Source: Selaginella moellendorffii (taxonomy: Eukaryota > Plantae > Lycopodiophyta). Taken from it: DNA of 64,000 nucleotides. Numbering within the stretch: position 1 is the first letter of the stretch; each line of letters opens with the position of its first letter. The position numbers were made by a program, and so were the translations under genes. This document shows positions 52,301-62,567 of this stretch, one piece after another. The notes beneath the pieces were generated by a model. That model was not told the origin of the DNA and did no database searches. It saw only the letters and a program-made list of their open reading frames with translations. The DNA lies in contig NW_003314278.1 of NCBI RefSeq assembly GCF_000143415.4, positions 2,190,408 to 2,254,407 on the forward strand, in the 5' to 3' direction.

Positions 52301-54133
52301 CGGCATGGTATCCTGGAATTGGTCCAACACCTGCTGGATCACTAAAGGTATTTCTTCCGTTCCTGTCTTTTTGTCACTCTTCACCGAGAGTAAGCACAAA
52401 AAGGCTGCCTTAGTTCCTTTAGTGAGTTGTCCTCTCGTGGACACCAGGTTTAAGCAAGATTCTTTGGCCTTGCTTTGCCCTACCTTTAGATCCTGGGCCT
52501 CCACCCTAGATCTTCTTCCTTGGGCATTCGCTAGTACCACAAGGTTCCTACCTTGTCCATGCAGGGCTACCACGAACCGATTGAACCAATCCATTCCGAA
52601 GATCACGTCAAATCCCGCCATGTCCAACACGGTGAAATCCATGTCTACTTTCCATGTCCCTACTTCGACTCTCGCTTGTCGAAGTACCTTATCGGTGCTT
52701 TGGCTACCTTGAACAAACTCTATAGTCCTTGGTTCGCCTAGCCGCTGCACCGTTAGTCCGGCTTGCCGGACTATGTCTGCAGCCACAAAATTATCCGAAG
52801 CACCCGTGTCAATAAGGATCTTAACAAAGCTACCTCCAAGCTTCCCTCGGAGGGCTAGTAGATGCCGCGAACGACTCTCTACCAAAGTTGCTCGTGTAAT
52901 GAGCAACTTTGAGTTAAGGACTGGATCACATACCTCAGTTTGGACTTCACCCGACTTGATGGCCATATTGGCTCTGGCCTTCTTCGGGTAGGGACATTCC
53001 CTCGAGAAGTGTCCCGCTTCACCGCAGTTGTAGCATACGTTGTTTCCCACGCTGCTATATGACTTGACCTTCTTATCCGTGGGTTTGTCTCTTTTCGCTT
53101 AACTCCCCCACGTACTTGCTCGCTGGCCACCGGATTTGCCTTTCCGGAACCCAGAGGACTCATTCTTAGAGAAACTCTTCTTGAATTTCCCCCTGCTATA
53201 TGTTCCCCTTGGTTTGGCCCCTTTGCTGAACGTGGATCCCGACCCCGTCGTGTTCCCCTTTCGCAGGTTATCATTGAAATGCACCTTGATGGCCACATCC
53301 AACGCTTCCTTGTAGTTGGTCGGGTTCCAGCGCATCACCTCACCGCGAGCCCAGGTTTGCAAACCTGATATGAAGGCATGGAACGCATCCATATCCCCCA
53401 TGTCCGTGACAAGTATCCTCTTTGCCATGAACCCATTCACATATTCCTGGATGGTTCCAGTCTGCTTCAGCCTACTCAGTTCATCCCTCAGATGCAGAGT
53501 GGCATTCGGAGGAACATATGTTGCGCGGATCCTCGCCTTCATCATGTCCCAAGTGACCACCGGTCCTTTGTTGGCCTCCGTTGTTCTCCACCAAGACTTG
53601 GCATTATCTGCCAAGTATGGTTTTGCACATGGGACCTTCTCCGAGCTCGATAACCGCAACGCTCGGAAGTAGTCCTCCATATCGTAAAACCAATCCTCCA
53701 CCACCTTATAGTCATTCACTCCCTTGAAGACCGGTGGGGGCTTTGGTTTGTACTTGGGAACTGCCTGAGGGACTGATTCCACTTCAGTCTGTTTGACCTT
53801 GTCTGGTTTTGCCTCAGTCCCTGCCGAAAGGTCCGCACCTTCTGCGCTGCCAACATCCGCAGTCTTTCGCCTTTTCTTCCGCTTCTCGTCACGCTTTAGC
53901 TTGCGTACGAGAGTCTCCAGCAGGGCATTGGTCTGTGCCAATTGACCTTCTAGAACGTCCAATTGAGCCTTGGACGACCGAACCTCGCCACCGGACTCCT
54001 GTTTGGAAGTTTCCTCACTAGAGTCCTCCTCATGCAAGGATTCCTCATCCATAGCCTCTTGTTCGACCGGAGGCTCCAGCTCTGGCAGAGGTTCTGTCTC
54101 CGCCTGGGTTCGCTTACGCCCTGCCCTTGCCAT
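49361..54133 (-). CDS. Gag-Pol polyprotein (Gag, CCHC, protease, RT, RNase H, integrase, chromodomain) with one in-frame TAA and two predicted introns
   Basis: [38 protein letters not shown]35-E, GPY and KWKG..TWEP. TAA at 53101-53099. Predicted introns at 50259-50213 and 49794-49743. Confidence 0.88.
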
Positions 54134-55885
54134 CTCCCAGCAATCCGCCTCTATCCTTCGCTAGAACTGAGGAGAAGGCTCCGATACCAAATTGTAAGCC
54201 ACAAATTTTTCCTTTCCAATTTGCCAGCTTACCTCGTCTATCCGTCCAACACTGCCTTGGCTTTTGCTAAGTTCCCTTGCCAAGGTTTTCGCCTATGGTA
54301 CCAGCTCCTACTTGGTTTCAGCTACTCACTGCACGAGCAACGGAGTGTTAGCCATCCTTCCACGGATTCCCAAATCACTCTCAATCCCCCTCCCCGGGTT
54401 AGACTGGACTTAAGGTTCGGCTACACTCCCCGCAAGCACAAGCAGCCAAGCACACCAAGCTTCCAGGTTCCTAACATCCCTTGGTACCACAAGACTTGAT
54501 CATGGGACCCTCTAAATCCCAAGTCTTGAGTGCAACACTTGCTTCGGGACGCCGGGGCGAAACACCGTGGCCTAGCGGCCCGGTATGGGTACCTCTCGCC
54601 CCCCACTTCCATCCCGAAGGAAGGCCCAAGCCCCTAGGAAGGGCGAGGACCAATGAGCCGCATGGTACTCAAGTGGGGCACCACTCCACATGAGCCGGGA
54701 GCACCGCAATCGGTTTCCCTTTCGGGAGTGGGAGCTGCTCTTGAGCACTTCCTTGGATGGCCCCTCCGGCACCAGCCAAGTCCATGCTCACTCCCACCCA
54801 AGGCCCCTTGGTCCCAGTCCCAACCTCAAGTCGGTTTGGAAGCCCAACTGGAGAGTCCCTTCAAAACTGGTTCCTGGACCTCACTATCCCTACTATACTT
54901 TTGGAACCCCCTGCAGCCCCCCCCCCCCCCCTGGGAGACGCACGCTTTGGGCTTTCACCCTTTGACCTGTATTAGTATTTGGACTTAGTCTCTGGCTCGA
55001 TCTCGGACCCGATTTCGGATCCGACTTCGGATTCGGGTTCGGACTCGATCTCGGACTCGATCTCGGACCCGATCTCGGACCCAACCTCGGACTCGACCTC
55101 GGACTCGGTCTCGGACCCGATTTCGGATCTCGGACTCCGTCTCGAACTCGGTCTCAAACTTGGACTCGAACTCGGTCCCCGAGTCGGTCTCGGACTCGAT
55201 TCCGGACTCTATCTCGAACTCGGTCCTAGAGTCGGTCTTGGACTCGATCTCGACTTGGTCCCATCCGATGAACTCTTTGTCATTTTGGTCATGCTTTTGG
55301 GGTTCCTTTAGCCTACAACACCTCGGTGAGTTGGTTCCTTACAGCAGCCTAAACTCAATCTGTCTCGCCAAAACATGCTTCGAGCTTTTCTTTGAACAGT
55401 TGAAGATCCATCAACTCTGGAACCATGACCCCTTTCATGCTCTTCTTCAGGAGAGGAGAAAACCATGACAAATCTACACCTTCAAGTAACATCCCAATCA
55501 CGCTGATTTGAGACTTAGGAGTGGGGTACTGCTGATGTTGAAGTGCGAAGATCAGCTCCATCTGGTTCAGGAATCCGTGAAGCTCCGAACGCTTGCCTGA
55601 GAACTTCACCGGGAAACTCACCTTTGGTTCAAGAACTCTACTTGATCCTTGAGCCGAAAGTGAAGCAAGCTCCTGTTGCATGTGAAGAAGGGTTGCCTTC
55701 AACTCAACATTCTCATACTGGATTTTTGCAAGGACTTCGGCAAAGAAATCAGGATGGCTTGGAGACTCCATTGGCAAAGAAGAAAGAAAAGGGGGGGAAA
55801 AGGCAAAGGCAATCAAACAATCAAAACAAGCTAAAGCAAAAGCAAAAAACACAATCTGAATCAAACTGTCAAGACCCCCAACAAG

Positions 55886-57403
55886 TGTAAGTGACTAATT
55901 TTTTCATTCTACTTTAGTCACTTAACCACACCTCTGACCACTTGGAGGAGTCTCACTCACAACCTCCATAAGTCCTATTCCGGACTTGGGCATGCTAGCC
56001 CCGAGAATGGCATCCCCGCCACTCAACCTTTGCATTTGGCCCAAGTGCTCCACATGTCCGATCTCATGACCGACACCCCAAGGTACCACTGACATATCAA
56101 CTTGTTACGCTAAGGCCATGCCCCTTTACCTTGGTCACACTAGTAGTCTAACACCACCTATATCATAGTCCTGTCTCTCAAAGATTGAGCCATCTATCTA
56201 TAAGTGATCATCCCAGATCCACTTCTTAGCATCCTTAGGATGCCTGCAAACATGAGGAATAGCCTTCCCTAATATCCCTTTTCCAGTCCCCACCAAGTCC
56301 CTTTTTGCCTATGGCCGTGTTCGCCAACACTGCCACTAGATCAAGGCCCACAGGCCCGACCATTAAGTCCCACGGTCTTATGAAACTTCCTCACCACACG
56401 GCTGTATTCTTGGTCACTACATCAGAGGAGTACTCCTCTTCCTTTCTACAGTCTGGGCCTTTGGGACAATATTTCGGAACACCATGGCCCTACACGAGCC
56501 TCATGGGTACTCTCCCTGCCTTTTGCCTTTGGGTGCTATAGCCATGGGCTTTGAGCAAGGTTCTGTTGAGCCACGCCAGGTATCCAAGTAGGTAGTGCCA
56601 CCCACACTTGAACTGGGAGCATTGACCATTCGATTTCCTGGGGGAACTAGAGCCAGCTCTTGAACACTTCACCAACCTACCCCGTTTGTCGGTCCGTATT
56701 CACTTTAGTCTTGGACTTTCCAGTAGTCAACTCATCACCCAACACTGGGTATGGCCTTCCTTGGCCAAACTGGCTCCACTGGGCTCCAACCCCCACACTC
56801 TCCCTACTATACTTTTGGAACCCCCCGCAGCCCCCCCCCCCCGGGGGACGATTGCTTTGGGCTTTCACCCAACAGCATGTATTAGTATTCGGACTCGGAC
56901 TCGGTCCCAGTCCCGGTTTCGAACTCGAACTCGGACTCGGTCTCGGTCTCGGTCTCGGTTCCATCTCAAACTCCATCTCAGAGTCCATCTCGGATCTATC
57001 TTGGACTTCATCCCGGATCCATCTCAGACTCCATCTCGGGTCCATCTTGGATTCCATCTCGGACTCCATCTTGGGTTCATTTCGGGTCCATCTCGGACTC
57101 CATCTCGGACTCTATCTCAGACTCCATCTTGAGTCCATCTCGGACTCCATCTCGGGTTCATCTCAGACTCCATCTCAGACTCCATCTCGAACTCCATCTC
57201 GGGTCCCTTTTTGGAGCCTCGCTTATTACTCACTTCATGCTCATTCCTTGAGCACTTTTGTTGGGAGTTCCACTCCCGCTCTCAACCTTTCAAGTTGAAG
57301 TTTTTGGTCCAAACGTGTTACGTTCGTTTGGCTTTCGCTTTGGCCACTACCTCGTGGCACCCTTCCGGCTCCACTTTGGGGCCTAGGGATTTTGTGTCTC
57401 ACA
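55886..57403. mobile_element. Solo LTR (family A, 1518 bp) inserted in the 5' LTR of the Tcn1-like element
   Basis: TGTAAG..CTCACA with a perfect TSD ACAAG (55881-55885 and 57404-57408). Removing it restores the sequence seen in the partner LTR at 45456. Confidence 0.95.
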
Positions 57404-60001
57404 ACAAGATCAAGACTAGAAAATGCAGAAGACAAAGAGAAAAACTAGTGGAAACAAAGAAGAGGCCTTAGATTGGTGTTGATTTAGATTGTGGAGAAAT
57501 GGAACAAGGCTAACTTATATATACTATAAGTTGATGAAGCTCCACCACTCTTAGATCGAGGATGGCCTAAATATAGCTGAGGTCAAAGAGGCACCACATC
57601 ATCATCAAAAATGTGGTTTGAGATTCAAGAATCATACGAGAAATCAGAGAGTTATGAATAAGGAAGTGTCTCAAGAGTCAGGAATATGGTCTATAGGTCA
57701 GAAATCCGGCGAGACTCAGGAATGTGACAAGAATTGGGGGATTCCTAACAAGATTCATGTGCTTTGATAAAATATTTATGGAGGTATGAAAGTACTGACA
57801 ATGAGTTATAGGGCATAATAATTACCCGACATGAAGTCTCAAGAAGTTAGTTTCCACTATTTCGACTAATTACAATTCATGTAAGTCAGTGTTTTGGCTG
57901 CTGGTGATGCTCCTGTAAGAATGTTGAAGATCTGAAATCTACAGTGTTTAGTTGCCTCAATAAAAAGTTTAGATACATCCCTTAAGGGAGAACATATTTA
58001 TGTTGATATATAATGAGTCAGTATTATAATAGGAAATGCTTATTGTCTAGAAAGTCTGTCATTGAAACAAATAAGCAGCACGATCCATTGGCTGCCCATG
58101 TTGCAAGTGGGAATTGGGATGAGGTGCTAAGCATCTAAAAAATAAGAAATTGAAGAAAGAACTTGGAAAAAGCTGAAGAGTAGTGAGTTCATGATCACCA
58201 CTTGTGATCATGGAGGAGATTTATGTTGAGCTCTAGCAACTGAAATAGCCTTCAATCTCTAGAGGATGATAATGTGGGCAAAAGGGATCTAGTGTGCTGC
58301 CATGGCAATAGCATTTTAGTTGTTGATTCATTTATGTTACTATATAAGCTAATTTAAGATATGTGATGAGAAAAATTATTCATATTTAATGTAAGTTTCG
58401 TTTATGGACGTGTGCAAAAAGTCTCAAACATATTTGTTATATTAATATTTCAATGTGTGAGGGCCAAGTGTCACAAATGTAGATTATTTTAAATTATAGC
58501 ATATGCTAATGATTTAGTGAATAATATAGTGCAAAACACATTTTTAATAAATTGTTATGCATTGCATGTAGCAACGTTTGGTTTGCTTAATAGTAGTGTT
58601 ATTCTTACTTATTAATCCAAATGATCAAATAAGTTTAAAATTATAAGCATATTTGTAATTTATAAGCACAAGATTAATCTAATTGCATATCAACACTGAT
58701 AGAATAAAAAAGAATACACTAGAAAGGTTTTAAGAAAGTTTTTAAGTTATAAAGATGTTTATAAATTATAAATACAAAATTAATCTAAATAAATAACAAT
58801 TTTTAAATGGTAGAATATTCTAAAATATTTAAGCATGTTCTAGGTATATTCACTACCATCTCAATCCCCCTACAGGTTTGCTTAAGCAAACCAAAATGAA
58901 GCTTTAGATGTTATTACTTCTTACACTGCATTATAACAATATAGTTTGAAAGGATATAAAAATTCTTATTGCAATAAATTAGTTTTAAATTTTATTTTAT
59001 TTCTTAGTTTGCTATATTATTCACCCTAAATTATGAAAACATAATTTTATTATTTTTCCAAGTAACTAAAACCTTTACTCATGGTTTTCTGCCATAAATA
59101 AAAATTAAAAATAAAAAAAATCCTCAAAAATTCAAGAACTCACTTTCTTCCCTTTCAATTTATCTGCCTGTAGATTAATGTATGATAATGATTATTCTAA
59201 GACACTCTACCTTCTTTGGAAGAAAAAAAAACGAAATGAAATCTCTCATCTTTAGAAATAAAGAAAATAACATATTCCATCTTCTTTATTTAAAATTCAC
59301 CTAATTGAAACCCAAGCATACAGGAAAAGAAGGGAGGCTCCTATTATCTTGAAAGTTTAAAGAATCTTTAATTGAGAGCATTATGAAACATTTCTTTAGC
59401 TACAATACATCAATAACTTGCAATTGTAACAATGCCTCAATAAGATTTTCCAAACTCCAAACAAGCTGCATTAACAACAATTATGAAGTAAATAGGGCCT
59501 ATTGCTAAAAAAAATTTACCTCTAACAATAATCAAAAATAGCTGACCTTACCCCGTCAAAAACCTAATGCTAGATACATTAAAACAGATTCTAAAATTGC
59601 AAAAAACCCTAAACTCGTTTCAAGGGAAGGTAGACTGGTAAATCTTTTCTGCAAGTATAAAATAAATATTTCCCATTCGGAAGACATTTTTACCATTGAG
59701 AGATTTTCCCATCGGGAAAATTAGTCTGGGAAAATTCATCTTTATTGGGAAATTTATTATTTACATGATCCCCAATATATACTAAAATCAATCAATCCAT
59801 ATCAAGACTTCAAATTTTATTATAAATCAGAATAGATTATTTTGGTGTCCCAAAACAACTAGTAGAACTTAGCATGAAATTCTTCCCAAACCACTAGTTC
59901 AAGCTATTTTGACCGTTAATTGACTAGAAGATACTCTTCACAAGTCCAAAAGAAAGAACAAAAGAAACCTAAATTAATAAAGGTAGGTAGATGGGCGAGC
60001 T

Positions 60002-61343
60002 ATGGAAGCCATGGTGATCAGGAAATTGGTAATAGCTCTTGTGATGGCGGTGTATAGGATTCTTGCGGTTCGATCGGGCCAGTCCAGCAGCGGCAGCATT
60101 GTCAGCCCCGATTCCATGTTTGCATTTGGGGATTCTTTGAGCGACACCGGAAACGATGCCTCGGCGTTCCCTGGATCAAAGCCCTCGCTCCATTACGGCC
60201 AGACTTTCTTCCGCAAGTTTGCTGGCCGGGCCTCGGATGGGAGGCTTCTCATTGATTTCTTGGGTCAGTTCTTTCGATCTTCCTTTCCAAGTGAATTTCT
60301 TTTCAAGTTCTTGTTCTTTCTCCGAAACTTTTAGCGCAAGCATTTGGTCTTCCATTCCTTAGCCCCTACTTGCAAGATTTCAATGCGGACTATCGGCATG
60401 GAGTCAACTTCGCGGCTAGAGGAGCCACTGCTCGCAGCACCTCGATCGTGACACCGTTTTTTCTTAGTGTTCAAGTCAGCCAGATGATCCACTTTCGCGA
60501 AGCTGTTCTTGCTGCTCCACAAGGTTCCAGTGGTAAACTTTTGTTTGGCTCTTGCTAAGCTTTTGCTCGCAGCCACTCCACTCCTCCCAAACTCGACTGT
60601 GTTCTCCACGGCGCTCTACGTGATCTACATTGGGATCAACGATTTCTGGCAAAATCTAAACAACAATCGCATGACCATCCAGCAGATAAACTCGACCGTG
60701 GTTCCCCAGTTGATACAAACAGTACCCAAAGCTTTGGAGGTAGCAATTCTTCTTCTTCTTCTTCTTCTTTATATGTAACAATGAGATGATCTTTCTCACG
60801 TCTTTCTCTTAAGGCACAAGCAGAGGCTCTACCACGACGTTGGCGCGAGAAAGTTTCTTATTGTCACTGTTCCTGCCGTGGGATGCCTTCCAGTCGTCTT
60901 GAGTGAGTTTGGATCCTCCAGTCCGGAAGATTACGATGCCAGTGGCTGCTTGCGAGCTTTCGACGATGTCGTGGGGTCGTACAACGCACGGCTGCGCTCT
61001 CTGGCTCTCGGTTTCGCGGGGAAGTTTGCTCAAGCTCGAGTTTTCTTTGGAGATATCTTCGCGGTTCACAAGGATGTGATTGCCAATCCCGAGCTTCACG
61101 GTACGTTGTGCTGATCGAGCTTTGTTGATCTTTCTCGCGGCAGGATTTGCGCCAAGCTCGAAGTTGAGTGCTTGCTGCGGTGGCGGCGGCAAACTCCATG
61201 AAGCCGTGAAGCAGTGCGGGGTGATTGCCACGCCGGTTTGCGAGTCCCCGTCCTCCTACATCAGCTGGGACGGGATCCATTTCACTGACGCGTTCAATCG
61301 CGTTGCCGCTGCCAGTATCCTTGGATCGATTCCATCGATTTAG
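60002..61343 (+). CDS. GDSL esterase/lipase (multi-exon)
   Basis: Signal peptide, FAFGDSLSDTGN, GRASDGRLLIDFL, GVNFAARGA, IGINDF and SWDGIHFT. Confidence 0.95.
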
Positions 61344-61395
61344 ATAGAGCATTCTTGTTGGAAAAACATGGAGCGTTCGCGTAAAGCTGTTTGTA

Positions 61396-62362
61396 TCAGT
61401 TGTCTGGCGACAGAAACACGCATGGATCAGAGCTAGATTGAAAGGAAAGAAAGAACTTTGCAAGAGTAAGTACCAAGAATGCCACACTGCGAAATGACAA
61501 TCTTTGCGTATGGTCGATTGAATCCCCTCTCAGCAACCACTGCTCGGGTATCGCCTATAAGCTTGGCAGTGCTGTGGGGATCCGAGATGAGATTTTTCCC
61601 AAGGAACGAAGAGAAGAAAATACATACCGGAAGTAAAGATTGCTCGTGTTATCTTTGACCACCCTGGTACTCGCGATCTTCCGGACAACGTCCAGGCCTT
61701 CTACCACCCGGCCTACCACCGAATTCGTTGGATCAAGCTCCGGAGCATCCTCAAAGGCAATGCAAAACTCAGTCCCGTTTGGATCCGGCCGTGACTCTTC
61801 GTACACGACTTCAAACTTCCCGTCGCGAGCTATAAGTTTCGGCTTTGCTGGAGGCTTTGTGGCATCTATGGCCACGATCGAAACCGCACCTTTCACGTTC
61901 TTCGGCCGTTTCCCTGTCTCGTCTAGCGTTTTCATCTCGCTGGCTAGAGCTTTAGCGTCTAGACCACCTGCGAATTGAGCTGTATCCTTGGCTCTACCGC
62001 TCAGGCTGAAGGTCCTGAGGCCTCCATTCTGTATGTAGTTCCCTGTTATCTTGTAAAAATCTCGCTTCCTATAACTCACTCCCTTCTGACCAGCCGCAAT
62101 CTCTCCAAAGCGTCTGGCGCCCACTGGTACGTCGTCTTCGTAGAGTCCAACGACGACGCGGCCTGCCGGTTCTCCATCGATGCTGATGTCCAGAAACACT
62201 TTGCGTGTCACAGTTGGACACGGCTCTTCGTCAGCGAAAGCAAAATTGTCAAAAGTACCGTGCAATGCCCCTAGTGTATACACTGCCTGAGCAACAAAGC
62301 TGCGTTTTCCAGTTGAGAAACTTAAGAAAGGCTTTTCATTCTCTTTTGCTCCAGCGGATTTC
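61396..62362 (-). CDS. Thylakoid-lumen cyclophilin, CYP26-2-like (first exon unresolved)
   Basis: FLDISIDGEPAGRVVVGLY, KPPAKPKLIARDGK, PNGTEF and RAVVAERGFNRPY. It is preceded by KRSF, a hydrophobic stretch and AFA/DEE, a lumen-targeting-like signal. Confidence 0.88.
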
Positions 62363-62567
62363 CTATATACAATGTCAGTATAATAAATATCAAGAAACTA
62401 CACACCCGCGTTCTTTCGCTTTTCTCTAGCATGCAATGTAAATAGCATACCTTCTGCGACACTAATAACCCTTTCTAATGTGTTTATACCGACCACATAA
62501 CTATGAACGGGTTGCTGAATCATGCTCTATCGAAAGCAGAATTCATCTGCCAAAACCGAAAAGGTAC

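Larger units (their letters stand above)
48383..55343 (-). mobile_element. Young Ty3/gypsy chromovirus (Galadriel-like), nested
   Basis: 5' LTR 54193-55343 (TG..CA), PBS TGGTATCGGAGCC at 54189-54177 (tRNA-iMet type), PPT 48970-48958, and truncated 3' LTR 48383-48957. About 15 substitutions over about 575 bp between the LTRs, counted by eye. Confidence 0.95.
45456..57729 (-). mobile_element. Degenerate Tcn1-like chromovirus (outer element of the nest)
   Basis: LTRs at 45456-about 45735 and 55867-57729 (interrupted), termini TGTCA..TGACA, TSD AGATT/AGAAT. Gag [46 protein letters not shown], integrase WESISMDF, and chromodomain EYEVQDILDS..TWEP. Stops and frameshifts are present. Confidence 0.9.

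Noticed and set aside
57730-59990. AT-rich tract as a gene or DNA transposon
   Set aside because: No ORF, terminal repeats or recognisable motif was found by eye.
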